The position numbers and the translations under genes are program-made. Positions 46,784 to 56,448 of a DNA stretch of 64,000 nt are shown here, piece after piece (position 1 is the first letter of the stretch; the number at the start of each line of letters is the position of its first letter). The notes under the pieces are model-generated. The model had not been told where the DNA came from and did not search any database. It saw only the letters and a program-made list of their open reading frames with translations. The DNA is taken from assembly GCA_029239635.1 (NCBI GenBank), contig JARBUN010000013.1, positions 12,667-76,666 of the forward strand, read 5' to 3'. Source of the stretch: Microbacterium sp. (GTDB lineage: Bacteria > Actinomycetota > Actinomycetes > Actinomycetales > Microbacteriaceae).

Positions 46784-48604
46784 GTGAGCAACGCGGTTCT
46801 TCCCCGTCCCGCTCAGATCGCGGGTCGCGTCTTCGCGTGGGTCCTTGTCGGCCTCATCCTGACCATACTTCTCGCTGCTGTTTGGGTTGGCGCCCGTGGG
46901 GCCTTGGCCTACCAGCATCTTCTTCGTGTCCAAGCGGAGGTAGGCGCGGGCGCTTCCGCCCTGGCATCCGATCCTGCAAGCGCCGTGCCCGCAATCGCGC
47001 GACTCGCGATGGAAGCTTCAGACGCGCGGCAGCTCACGTCCGACCCGATTTGGAATGCAGCTGAGTCGATCCCCTGGGTCGGGCCTCAGCTCGCCGCGTT
47101 CGGCACGGTTTCCGCCTCCGCCGACGAACTCCTCAGCGGAGCAATCCTTCCGCTCGCGACAGCAGCCAAGGACGTCTCATTTGACGCTCTCCGTCCCGTC
47201 GGCGGCCGTATTGACGCAAGTTCTCTCGCAAACCTCGCCGAGCCCGCGTCCGACGCCGAGACGCGGGCGAGGGAGGCCGCTCATAACGTCGAGGGCATAG
47301 ACCGCACGCCATTGGTAGGGATCGCCGCCTCCGCTGTCGACAAGACCGGGGAGCTCCTCGACCAGTCGGCGACCGCCATTGACACCCTCGCCGGAGCTTC
47401 GCGCCTCCTCCCCGAAATGCTGGGACAAGACGGGGAACGCAACTATCTTCTCCTTGTCCAGAACAACGCCGAATGGCGGTCGTTGGGGGGAATCGCGGGA
47501 ACGGCCATCCTTCTTCACACCGACCAAGGAGGCGTCTCCCTCCTCGACACACAATCAGCGGGCGCGATCGTCCGAGATCTGCGCGAGCCGGTCACCACGT
47601 TGCCGGACGAGGTCGTGGATATTTACGGCACTCGCCCGGGGCGCTACTTCCACAATCTGACCCAGATTCCCGATTTCTCAATCGACGGCCCGCTTGCGCG
47701 CGAGATGTATCGAACGAAGACCGGACTCAATGTAGACGGCGTCATCGCCATCGACCCTGTCCTGCTGTCGTATGTGCTCGAAGCGACGGGACCCGTCACT
47801 CTTCCTTCCGGTGAGCAGCTCAACGCGGGAAATGCTGCCCGCATCCTGATGAATGAGGTGTACTTCCGTTATTCCGACCCATCGGCGCAGGATGCGTTCT
47901 TCGCTGCCGCCTCGGGTTCCGTCTTCCAAGCATTGCTCGACGGCCGGGGATCCGCCCCCTCGCTCATATCGGCGCTCTATCGCGCGGGCGAGCAGCACCG
48001 CCTGCTCATGTGGAGCGCCGACCCCGCCGATCAGGCCATCATCGCCGATTCAACAGTCGCCGGCCCGCTCCCTGTCACCGACGATCGAACGGCCCGCTTC
48101 GGTGTTTACCTGAACGACGGAACCGGGTCGAAGATGAGCTACTACGTCAAGCCTGAGGTGGCCATCGAATGGGGCTCGTGCCAGCCACCCGCGACGACCG
48201 GTCAACGCTCACTCACGCTCAGCCTCACGTTGACGAACGACGCACCGTCAGATGCCGCTACGTCGCTTCCGACATACATCACCGGAGAGGGTGCCTACGG
48301 CACAGCTCCCGGCACAGCGAAGGTCGTCGGCAATCTCTATCTGCCAGAGGGTTTCGAGTTGGTTTCCTCAGCGGTGTCGAACGGAGCCAATTTCGACGAC
48401 GCAACTTTTCAAGGACGACGGGTTCTCACATTTGGCGTAGATCTGACGCCCCAGGCTTCGTCGCGCATCACCGTGGAGGTTCGCGCAATGACCAAAGCGA
48501 CGGAAGCCGAGGCGTACATCACTCCGACCGCAGATTCTGCCTTGGACCCCATCGTCCGCACGTCCTGTGATCCGCCCCGTTCGGGAAGCGCGACGCTGGG
48601 CTGA
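46784..48604 (+). CDS. DUF4012-like membrane-anchored protein
   Basis: YLLLVQNNAEWRSLGG, DGVIAIDP, NDGTGSKMSYY; typical of actinobacterial EPS loci. Confidence 0.8.
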   Translation: MSNAVLPRPAQIAGRVFAWVLVGLILTILLAAVWVGARGALAYQHLLRVQAEVGAGASALASDPASAVPAIARLAMEASDARQLTSDPIWNAAESIPWVGPQLAAFGTVSASADELLSGAILPLATAAKDVSFDALRPVGGRIDASSLANLAEPASDAETRAREAAHNVEGIDRTPLVGIAASAVDKTGELLDQSATAIDTLAGASRLLPEMLGQDGERNYLLLVQNNAEWRSLGGIAGTAILLHTDQGGVSLLDTQSAGAIVRDLREPVTTLPDEVVDIYGTRPGRYFHNLTQIPDFSIDGPLAREMYRTKTGLNVDGVIAIDPVLLSYVLEATGPVTLPSGEQLNAGNAARILMNEVYFRYSDPSAQDAFFAAASGSVFQALLDGRGSAPSLISALYRAGEQHRLLMWSADPADQAIIADSTVAGPLPVTDDRTARFGVYLNDGTGSKMSYYVKPEVAIEWGSCQPPATTGQRSLTLSLTLTNDAPSDAATSLPTYITGEGAYGTAPGTAKVVGNLYLPEGFELVSSAVSNGANFDDATFQGRRVLTFGVDLTPQASSRITVEVRAMTKATEAEAYITPTADSALDPIVRTSCDPPRSGSATLG

Positions 48605-48833
48605 TCGGGGCCGACCGCAGCGATGGGGTCTCACGCCGTTGGGCCTTATCACGTTGCGAAACATTTACCTGAAAGAAATGACGGCGGTTTGCAATTAGGC
48701 GTTCCCTTACGGGATACTCAGGTAAGTCTCAACACGTCACTCTGCTCTTCGTACCTCACGATTCGCGCGCATCGCGCGGGAGGCGAGCGGATCCATCAAC
48801 TCACCGGTCGCCCGGACTTGAAAGCAGGCTCTC

Positions 48834-49376
48834 ATGAAGCGTCGTCTCACTACGGCGGTGGCCTCGGCCTCCGTTGCCGCCGCGCTGCTCCTCGCCGCGC
48901 CCGTCGCCGCTCAGGCGTACGTTCCCACCGGGCCCAACACCGTGACGATCACCGTCACGAACAACGGGCCGGTCCCCGTCCCCGGCTTCCAGCCCGGCAC
49001 GCCCGTCACCTTCACCCTCGTCGGCCGCGGCGTCACCGGCGCCAACATCGCCACGGCGAACCTCCCCGTCACCTCGGCCTCGGTCAACAAGACGGCGGAC
49101 TCGTCGGGTACGGCCACCGCTGTCGTCACCCTCCCCGCCAACCCGAGCGGCACCTACACCCTTGCGGCGTCCGGCGCCCGCGCCGACGGCAACGGCGGCG
49201 GCTCGAACAACGGTGGCGGTAACAACAACGGCGGCACCAACGCTCTCCCCGAGACCGGTGTCAACGGCGAGTCGCTGATGGGCATCTACATCGGTGGCGG
49301 CGCGCTCGTGCTCGCCGGTGCGACGGTCGCGGTCGCCGCGAAGGTTCGTCGCAACCGCGCCGAGAACAAGGCGTAA
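48834..49376 (+). CDS. Small LPXTG sortase-anchored surface protein
   Basis: Signal peptide AAQA, G/N-rich linker, LPETG plus TM plus basic tail; strongly biased codon usage. Confidence 0.88.
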   Translation: MKRRLTTAVASASVAAALLLAAPVAAQAYVPTGPNTVTITVTNNGPVPVPGFQPGTPVTFTLVGRGVTGANIATANLPVTSASVNKTADSSGTATAVVTLPANPSGTYTLAASGARADGNGGGSNNGGGNNNGGTNALPETGVNGESLMGIYIGGGALVLAGATVAVAAKVRRNRAENKA

Positions 49377-49392
49377 GCGCACACACACAGCT

Positions 49393-49436
49393 ACGAGAGA
49401 GCCCCCGTCGACTTCGGTCGACGGGGGCTCTCTCGT
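49393..49436. terminator. Strong (likely bidirectional) terminator
   Basis: 20-bp perfect stem with a TTCG loop between convergent genes. Confidence 0.85.
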
Positions 49437-49439
49437 TCG

Positions 49440-50033
49440 TCACCGCACCACGAAATCCCCGACCCGCGTCACGCCATCCGACAGGTACACCGGCACGACG
49501 ACCGCCCGGCCGGCGCGCTCTTCCTGCCACCGCAGAGCCTCGTCGGGCGACGCGAACTCCCGGCTCGAGCTCGTGGCATCCGCCAGCTCATCGGCATCCA
49601 CGTAACCCTGGTGCCCGTTGGTCGCGACGACGGCGATGAGGTCGGGCTCCTCCCCCGTGCCCGACGAGCCGTAGGTCTGGCCGCGGTCGTTGACCGCGAG
49701 GGGTACGGGCTGGGCATCGAGGAACGTCGCGGTCACACGCCAGCTCTCGCCGGGGCCCGCCGACACCACCACGTCGGAACCGACCGAGTCGAGGGGCACG
49801 TCTATCCACGACACCACGCCCGCGGGATTCGTCGAGAGATCCTCGGCCGTGCCGCCGGGCAGTGTCCACAGGTCAGCCGTCGGCGCCGTTCCCCCCGCCG
49901 CAAGCACGACAGCGCCCACGCCGGCGACGAGGAAGAGCCGCGCTCGGCTGCGCCGTTGCGGAAGCTCCGTCTGCGCGACGAGCTGGCGCTGCCAGCCCGC
50001 ACGGAAGGCGGGATCGATGCGCGGTGCGTTCAT
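49440..50033 (-). CDS. Hypothetical single-TM protein
   Basis: One TM helix, then a conserved-looking GQTYG...PDLIAVVATNG.QGYV...VPVYLSDG region. Confidence 0.65.
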   Translation of the reverse strand: MNAPRIDPAFRAGWQRQLVAQTELPQRRSRARLFLVAGVGAVVLAAGGTAPTADLWTLPGGTAEDLSTNPAGVVSWIDVPLDSVGSDVVVSAGPGESWRVTATFLDAQPVPLAVNDRGQTYGSSGTGEEPDLIAVVATNGHQGYVDADELADATSSSREFASPDEALRWQEERAGRAVVVPVYLSDGVTRVGDFVVR

Positions 50034-50095
50034 GCCATACCCGGGAATGTCCGGCCGGCTTCGTCGTGTGACATTCCGGTCGTACAAAATCGGCG

Positions 50096-50710
50096 TCAAC
50101 GCGCGGCGGACTTCTTCTTCTTGCCGCCCGTGGGATCCGCGTCGGCGGGCTCGGACGCCGCCTTCTCTTTCGCCTTCCGTTTCGCCTGCGAGGCGAGGCG
50201 GGCGAGGTCGACCATGCGCAGCGCGTCCATGCGGGCTCGACGCATGGTGGCGTAGTCGGGATCGGCGTCGGCGGTCATGCCCTCGACATCGAGGCGCTGG
50301 CTCAGGTTGGCCTCGACGTCGCCCCAGGCGGCCATGCGCGCGTCGGCGACCAGCGCGTCGACCCGCGCCGCATCATCGGCGAAGGCCCGCAGCTCTTTGG
50401 CGACACCCCGCGACTGGTTGGCGCGACGGCGCAGATTGCGGGTGTCCCTGTCGCGGTAGTCGTGCGTCCCCGACGAGTCGGAGAACCGCCCCCACGCGCG
50501 CTTGCGCTGGTTCGTCACCCGCTCGGCCGCCTGGTCCTGCTCGTCGGCGAGGGCGCGGAGCGTGGCGCGGGCGAAGTCCGCGAAGACCTCGCTGTCGAAG
50601 TGGCCGCCCCGGGCGATCGTCTCGACCAGGATGCGGTTGCGCACCGTGAGCCGCGCCGCCGCCGTCGCGATCGACAGCCCCTCGGCAATGGCATCCTTTG
50701 TGCGGCCCAC
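50096..50710 (-). CDS. Conserved actinobacterial hypothetical protein
   Basis: Helical 204-aa ORF, GTHDYRDRD motif, GGGAGG RBS. Confidence 0.75.
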   Translation of the reverse strand: MGRTKDAIAEGLSIATAAARLTVRNRILVETIARGGHFDSEVFADFARATLRALADEQDQAAERVTNQRKRAWGRFSDSSGTHDYRDRDTRNLRRRANQSRGVAKELRAFADDAARVDALVADARMAAWGDVEANLSQRLDVEGMTADADPDYATMRRARMDALRMVDLARLASQAKRKAKEKAASEPADADPTGGKKKKSAAR

Positions 50711-50760
50711 GAAACCCTCCCGCTCCAGGTTATCGGTCGGGGCGTTCCGACGAGCCGGTC

Positions 50761-51072
50761 GGCCCGCACGCCCGCGCCGGCGAGAGCCGCGGCGAGGTCG
50801 TCGGGCATCTCGACCGTGCGCGGCGCGGTGTCGAGGGTCAGGTCGACGGTGATGGCATCCCCTCCCGAAAGACCCGTCGCAGCGCGCTTGTCCGACGAGA
50901 AAGGAACGAGGGTCTTGCCCGCCATGGCGCCCAGCGTGCTCGAGAACACGTAACCGTTGACGTCGACGACCACGGCCGCGCGCTTTCCGCCACCCAACCC
51001 CTCGACGACCTCCGCCGGCACCTCGATGCCGGTGTTGTTGCCCATCTGCAGCAGCGTCGTTTCGAATCTCAT
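50761..51072 (-). pseudogene. DUF1905/YdeI-OmpD-associated protein, C-terminally truncated
   Basis: MRFETTLLQMGNNTGIEVP...PRTVEMPDDLAAAL, then an abrupt switch to promoter-like DNA; reads through out of frame to 50515. Confidence 0.6.
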
Positions 51073-51293
51073 GAGCCGATGGTGGCAGACCGCCCGCCGT
51101 ATGGTGACCTATGTAGCGGAGGGCCTCGGAGAGTACTCGGGGGCCTTCTGTCGTTTCCGGGCACAGGCATTTCCGCGAAAGTCCCTACCGGAGAATGTGC
51201 GGCGATGCAAAGCCCAATCCGAACCACCCATTGTCTCCGAAGATGTGACGAAGGCGGCCACGAGGTCGCTGCTAACTCACTGGGAGGTTCACC

Positions 51294-51701
51294 ATGAGCT
51301 CTTCACCCAACCGCCTCGTCGCCACCATCTTCGGCGCCGTCTACCTGCTCGTCGGTCTGCTCGGCTTCGCCGTGACCGGTGGCGTCGGATTCATCTCGAA
51401 CGAGGGCGGTCTGCTCCTCGGCATCTTCGAGGTCAACCCGCTCCACAACATCGCTCACCTCCTGATCGGTGGCGCGCTGCTGGTCGCCGGCCTCGCCAAC
51501 GCCCGCGCGGCCAAGGGCGTCAACACCACCGTCGGTGCCGTCTACCTGCTGCTCGGCATCGTCGGCTTCTTCCTGATGGGCCCCGCGAACATCCTGGCCC
51601 TGAACGTGCCCGACCACTTCCTGCACCTCGCCAGCGCCGTCGTGCTGCTGGGTGTCGGCCTCGGCACCGAGCGCAACGTCCCCCGCACCGCGGCGGTCTG
51701 A
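51294..51701 (+). CDS. DUF4383-like membrane protein
   Basis: FGAVYLLVGLLGF, VNPLHNIAHLLIG, DHFLH. Confidence 0.85.
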   Translation: MSSSPNRLVATIFGAVYLLVGLLGFAVTGGVGFISNEGGLLLGIFEVNPLHNIAHLLIGGALLVAGLANARAAKGVNTTVGAVYLLLGIVGFFLMGPANILALNVPDHFLHLASAVVLLGVGLGTERNVPRTAAV

Positions 51702-51703
51702 GC

Positions 51704-52249
51704 ATGACTGCTGCGACCTTCGTCCGGTCGTGGCCCTCCGTGTTCGCCTGGGGGGCCGGCCTGATCACCGCCGCCCTCGGTGCGGGCGCTCTCACCCGCG
51801 CCGATTCCGGGGCCGTCGCAAGCGGCCTCGGAATCGGCCTGGTGGCCCTCGGACTCGCCGCCCTCGCGTGGGGTGGCGTGGTCCTCTGGGCGGGACGCCT
51901 CGTCGTTCCCGCCCTCGTGCTCGGCGGGAGTCTCGTCACGATCTTCGGTGTCACCGCCCTGCTGTTCGTCGTCCCGGCGCACACCAGTGTGCTCGCGGTG
52001 GCCGCGGCATCCCTTCTCCTCGTGATCGTGGGGGCGAGCGTCGCCGTGCACCTGCGCCACCAGCGCCGTGCCGCGAACGCGACGCGCACCGCGCAGCCGA
52101 TGAGCGTGGTCGGACTCCTCGTCGCCGCCGCCGTCATCGCGGTCGTCGTGACCCCCGCCCTCGGCGCGACGCAGAACGCCGTGCTGCTGCGTCGATGCCG
52201 CGACACCTCGGCGCCCGCGGGGTGCGGCGGTGGCACGCTGGAGAGGTGA
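51704..52249 (+). CDS. Hypothetical membrane protein (C-terminus possibly altered)
   Basis: 5 TM segments; tail after VLLR looks like translated intergenic DNA. Confidence 0.65.
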   Translation: MTAATFVRSWPSVFAWGAGLITAALGAGALTRADSGAVASGLGIGLVALGLAALAWGGVVLWAGRLVVPALVLGGSLVTIFGVTALLFVVPAHTSVLAVAAASLLLVIVGASVAVHLRHQRRAANATRTAQPMSVVGLLVAAAVIAVVVTPALGATQNAVLLRRCRDTSAPAGCGGGTLER

Positions 52250-53157
52250 GCGACTCCCCCTCCCCCGCGCCCGGCTGGATCCCGTCGCTGCGGGGAAAGC
52301 TCCTGGTCGCCCTCGCCGGCGATCCGACCGGCATGGCCCCCTACGTGCGGGCGATCGCCGAGGGAGACGACGCCGGGTACTTCGCCGAGGACGGTCCCGC
52401 GTGGACGGTGCACGCCGGCACGGGGACCCTGGTCGCCGGCATCCGGGCCCTCCTCCTCCAGGCGCTGCACCCGGGCGCTCTCGCCGGCGTGCACGACTGG
52501 TCGCGCTACCGCGAGGATCCACTCGGGCGCCTCACCGGAACCGTCCGCTGGGTCGTCACGCTCACCTACGGTTCACGGACACAGGCGGATGCCGAGACCG
52601 CACGCGTCGGTCGGTTCCACCAGCGCGTGAAAGGCGACTACCGGGCGGGCGACGGGAGCGAGCGCTCCTACTCCGCGGAGGCACCGGACCTCGTGCGCTG
52701 GGTGCACCTCGCCTTCACCGATGCGTTCCTGTCAGGACACGAGGTGTCGCGTCGGCCCATCCCCGGCGGTCCCGACGCCTACGTCGCCGACTGGGCCACC
52801 GCCGGTCGTCTGATGCGCGTCGTCGACCCGCCCCTCACCCGCGCGGCTCTGCACGCCGAACTCGACGGATTCCTCGAGCGCGGCGAACTGCGCCACGACG
52901 AGCGCGTCGACGAGGTCGTGCGGTTCCTGAAGAAGCCGCCGTTCCGCGGGCTCATGGGGGTGTCGTACCGCGTGCTGTTCGCCGCGGCGGTCGCGACGAT
53001 CCCGCCCCGGTTCCGGCGGATGCTCGGCCTGCGCCGGTCGCCCCTTCCCGTGCTGACCGTGACGCGGCTGGTCCTGCGCGTGACCGAGCGGGCACTGGGG
53101 TCGGGTCCGCGCGCGCAGGACATGGCGCGGGAGAGGTTGCGGCGGCTGGGGATGTGA
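52246..53157 (+). CDS. ER-bound oxygenase MpaB/DUF2236 family protein
   Basis: GIRALLLQALHPG..AGV.D.S, HQRVKG, YSA..PDLVRWVH. Confidence 0.88.
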   Translation: MSDSPSPAPGWIPSLRGKLLVALAGDPTGMAPYVRAIAEGDDAGYFAEDGPAWTVHAGTGTLVAGIRALLLQALHPGALAGVHDWSRYREDPLGRLTGTVRWVVTLTYGSRTQADAETARVGRFHQRVKGDYRAGDGSERSYSAEAPDLVRWVHLAFTDAFLSGHEVSRRPIPGGPDAYVADWATAGRLMRVVDPPLTRAALHAELDGFLERGELRHDERVDEVVRFLKKPPFRGLMGVSYRVLFAAAVATIPPRFRRMLGLRRSPLPVLTVTRLVLRVTERALGSGPRAQDMARERLRRLGM

Positions 53158-53179
53158 GGCGGCCTGGCGCGTCTGAGAG

Positions 53180-53420
53180 CGGGCGGCGGGCGGGGCGGCT
53201 TGGGCCGGGTGCGCGCGGCAGGGCGGCGGGGGCCGGGTGCGCGCGGCCGGGGCGCATGCGGCGGGCGGGGCGGTGGGGCCGGGCGCGCGCGGCGGGGCGG
53301 CGGGGGCCGGGTGCGCGCGTCCGGGGCGGCGTGCCGGACTCCGGAGCCGCGCCCGGCCCGCCCGGGCCTCCGCCGGCGCCCGCACCGCACCGCTCTCGCC
53401 GCGGCCGCGCCCGGCCCGCG
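53180..53420. repeat. Extremely GC-rich intergenic repeat tract
   Basis: Four copies of GGGCCGGG(T/C)GCGCGCG at ~53202, 53230, 53276 and 53304, with inverted CGCGCCCGGCCC copies downstream. Confidence 0.75.
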
Positions 53421-53453
53421 GAGCCGTCGTAGCCTGGAAGGACCGGAGGTGCC

Positions 53454-54005
53454 ATGAGCGACGACCCACGTCAGACGGCCGAGCGCTACCGGCTCGACCG
53501 CGAGCTGCGGGAGAGCGGTCTCGAGCCCGAGCCCACCTCGACCGGACCGCAGCGCGGGTCGACCGCGGCCGAGCGCGCCGCGTACGTCGAGACGTCGATC
53601 CAGCAGGCCATCCGCCGCGGAGAGTTCGACAACCTGCCCGGTGCCGGCAAGCCCCTCCCCGACCTCGGTGGGGCGCACGACCCCGACTGGTGGATCCGCC
53701 GCAAGATCGAAGCCGAACAGCTCACCGGTCTCGGCCCCCCGGCGCTCACGCTCCGCGTCGAGTACGCCGAACGCGCGGAGCGGATGGATGCCATCGCCCG
53801 CGAGCCCGACGTCCGCGAGGCGCTGCACGACTTCAACCGGCGCGTCGTCGAGGCGCGGCGGCAGCTGCAGGGCGGCCCGCCGGTGGTGACGCCGACGGTC
53901 GACGTGGAGGCCGAGGTGGCGGCGTGGGCGGAGCGGCGTCGCGCGCGGGAAGAGGCGGCGGCCGTCGCACCGGTGGTGCGGCGACGGTGGTTCCGGCGGG
54001 GCTGA
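53454..54005 (+). CDS. DUF1992 (DnaJ-family-associated) domain protein
   Basis: IQQAIRRGEFDNLPGAGKPL, DPDWWIRRK. Confidence 0.88.
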   Translation: MSDDPRQTAERYRLDRELRESGLEPEPTSTGPQRGSTAAERAAYVETSIQQAIRRGEFDNLPGAGKPLPDLGGAHDPDWWIRRKIEAEQLTGLGPPALTLRVEYAERAERMDAIAREPDVREALHDFNRRVVEARRQLQGGPPVVTPTVDVEAEVAAWAERRRAREEAAAVAPVVRRRWFRRG

Positions 54006-54038
54006 TCCGGGGCGCTGTGCGCGGCCCGCGGCCGCGGG

Positions 54039-54869
54039 TCAGAGCGCGGAAAGGGCCTCCGCCCGCTCCACCAGCGCGCGGGCGCGGGCGCGCGTCGGGG
54101 CGTACGAGCCGTCGACCGGGCCGTCGGGAGTCGCCGACAGGAGCGCCCGGGCGCGCTCGACCTCGTCGGGCGCGGGCGTGAAGCCGGCGTGGGCGCCGGG
54201 GACGGCGGCATCCTGCAACGCCAGAGTGCCGGTGAAGCCCATCGCGACGGAGTGGAGGGCGGCATCCCGCGCCTGATCCACCGGGCCGCACGGACCGTCG
54301 ATGGGACCGGCGATCCCCGCCGCGGCCGAGGCGACGACGAGCTGCGCGCGCGGCCACGACAGCGCGAGGCGATCGGCGGACATGCCGGTGTCGCGGCGGA
54401 AGTCGCCGGTGCCGAAGGCGAGGCGCCGCGTCGCGGGGTGCGCCGCGATCGCGGGGGCCGCGAGCAGGGCCGCGGCCGACTCGATCATCGCGACGATCGG
54501 GACGCCGTCGGGGAGGGATGCCGCGACGTGGGCGACATCGGCGGGGCCGGCGCACATGGCCAGCACGACTCCCGCGAGGCGATCATCGAGCTCGCGTCCC
54601 AGGGCGAGGTCGAGCTCGCCGTCGCGCGTGCCGGCGGCGCTGATGCGCAGCCAGACCGGAGCGTCGGCGGCGGCGCGGCGCGCGCGGTCGCGGCCCTCGG
54701 CCTTGCGCCCGGACGGGAGGCCGTCCTCGAGATCGAGCACGAGCACGTCGGCCGCGGTGTCGAGCTCTCCGGCGAGGGGCGAGCGGAGCATCCAGGTGCG
54801 CGCGAGGTCGACACGCGCGGGGGCGGGGGCGGCCGAAGCCGCCCCCGCCGGAGAGTGCGCCAGGGTCAC
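54039..54869 (-). CDS. HpcH/HpaI aldolase / CitE-like CoA-ester lyase
   Basis: LDLEDG, MIESA, LAFGTGDF, PIDGP. Confidence 0.82.
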   Translation of the reverse strand: MTLAHSPAGAASAAPAPARVDLARTWMLRSPLAGELDTAADVLVLDLEDGLPSGRKAEGRDRARRAAADAPVWLRISAAGTRDGELDLALGRELDDRLAGVVLAMCAGPADVAHVAASLPDGVPIVAMIESAAALLAAPAIAAHPATRRLAFGTGDFRRDTGMSADRLALSWPRAQLVVASAAAGIAGPIDGPCGPVDQARDAALHSVAMGFTGTLALQDAAVPGAHAGFTPAPDEVERARALLSATPDGPVDGSYAPTRARARALVERAEALSAL

Positions 54870-56314
54870 GAGCGACCCCGAGCCGCGGCCTCCGCCTCGG
54901 CCTGAGCGCGGAACGCGTCGAGCGAGGACGTGTCGACCGTGGGGCCGGTGCCCGCGTCGATCGACGCCTGCTCCTTGGCATCCGCTGCCGGCGTCGCCGA
55001 GTGGTCGTGGCCGGTGAGCAGCGACTCGTCGAAGGGGATGTTGCCGGCGAGGACTTCGCGGACGCGCTGGCCGTCGTACTGCTTGGTCCAGACGCCGATC
55101 AGCATGGTCGCCACCGCGTTGCCGGTGAAGTTGGTGACGGCGCGGGCCTCCGACATGAACCGGTCGATGCCGACGATCACGCCGACACCGTCGACCAGGT
55201 CGGGGCGGTAGGCCGAGAGGCCGCCGGCGAGGGTCGCCAGGCCCGCACCGGTGACACCGGCCGCGCCCTTCGAGGCGATGATCATGAAGATCATGAGGCC
55301 GATCTGCTCCCCGATCGACATGGGCGAGCCCATCGCGGTGGCGATGAACAGCGACGCCATCGTGAGGTAGATCGCCGTGCCGTCGAGGTTGAACGAGTAG
55401 CCGGTCGGAACCGTGATGCCGACGACGGGCTTCGAGACACCGAGGTGCTCCATCTTCGCGATCAGTCGGGGCAGAGCCGCCTCGGACGACGAGGTGCCGA
55501 CGATGAGGAGGTACTCACGGCCCAGGTACTTCATGAGCGTGAAGATGTTGACCCGGGTCACGACGTACAGGAGCGTTCCGAGCACCACGGCGATGAAGAG
55601 GAAGCACGTGATGTAGAACGCGCCCATCAGGATGCCGAGGCTGATCACGGCCTGGAATCCGGTCTTTCCGACGACCGCGGCGATCGCGCCGAAGGCACCG
55701 ATCGGGGCCAGCCACAGGATCATGCCGAGAATGCGGAAGACGAGCGCCTGGAAGTTGCGGATTCCCTCGACCATGCGCGCTCCGCGCTCGCCCATTCCCT
55801 GCAGGGCGAAACCCACGAGAAGAGCGATGAACAGCACCTGGAGAATGCTGCCGCCCGTGAATGCGGAGAAGAACGTCGTCGGAATGATGCCGAGGATGAA
55901 GTCCTGGGTCGTGGTCGCCTCGGTCGTCGGGGCGTCGTAGTGGGCGCCCGCGATGCTGAGCCCCTCACCCGGGTGGATGATGTTGCCGACGACGAGGCCG
56001 ATGATCAGCGCGAACGACGACATCACGAGGAAGTAGACCATCGCCAGGCCACCGATCTTGCCGACCGTGGAGGCCTTCGCGATCGAGCCGATGCCCACGA
56101 CGATCGTGCAGAAGATCACCGGGGCGATCATCATCTTGATCAGGCTGACGAAGCCTTTTCCGATCGGCTCGAGGGCCGTCGCGAATGCCGGGGCCGCGAG
56201 GCCGACGATCACGCCGGCGATGACCGCGACGATGACCGAGATGTAGAGCCAATGGTTGCGGTCGATCTTCTTCCGGGGCCGACCGTCACGCGTGGTGCGG
56301 AGTGAGAGTGCCAT
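54866..56314 (-). CDS. dctA: C4-dicarboxylate/cation symporter (DAACS family)
   Basis: LIKMMIAPVIF, TSSSE, GYSFNLDGT, SKGAAGVTGAG, IDRFMSEAR. Confidence 0.93.
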   Translation of the reverse strand: MALSLRTTRDGRPRKKIDRNHWLYISVIVAVIAGVIVGLAAPAFATALEPIGKGFVSLIKMMIAPVIFCTIVVGIGSIAKASTVGKIGGLAMVYFLVMSSFALIIGLVVGNIIHPGEGLSIAGAHYDAPTTEATTTQDFILGIIPTTFFSAFTGGSILQVLFIALLVGFALQGMGERGARMVEGIRNFQALVFRILGMILWLAPIGAFGAIAAVVGKTGFQAVISLGILMGAFYITCFLFIAVVLGTLLYVVTRVNIFTLMKYLGREYLLIVGTSSSEAALPRLIAKMEHLGVSKPVVGITVPTGYSFNLDGTAIYLTMASLFIATAMGSPMSIGEQIGLMIFMIIASKGAAGVTGAGLATLAGGLSAYRPDLVDGVGVIVGIDRFMSEARAVTNFTGNAVATMLIGVWTKQYDGQRVREVLAGNIPFDESLLTGHDHSATPAADAKEQASIDAGTGPTVDTSSLDAFRAQAEAEAAARGRS

Positions 56315-56448
56315 TGGGAGTTCCCCTTTTCTAACGCCGTCGTTGAGTCCGGCGGGGGCGCCGGTCGATGTGACGACTTTGATCGAGGCGAGACGGAGGA
56401 ACCATTTGTGGTCGTATTGTTCACGGCAGGCGCGACGAAGGGTGTGGC

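Noticed and set aside
49188-49242. GGC/AAC-rich repeat in the LPXTG gene
   Set aside because: An ordinary Gly/Asn flexible linker before the sorting signal
50096-50710. Enzyme assignment (e.g. asparagine synthase) for this ORF
   Set aside because: No glutamine amidotransferase or ATP pyrophosphatase motifs; left as hypothetical
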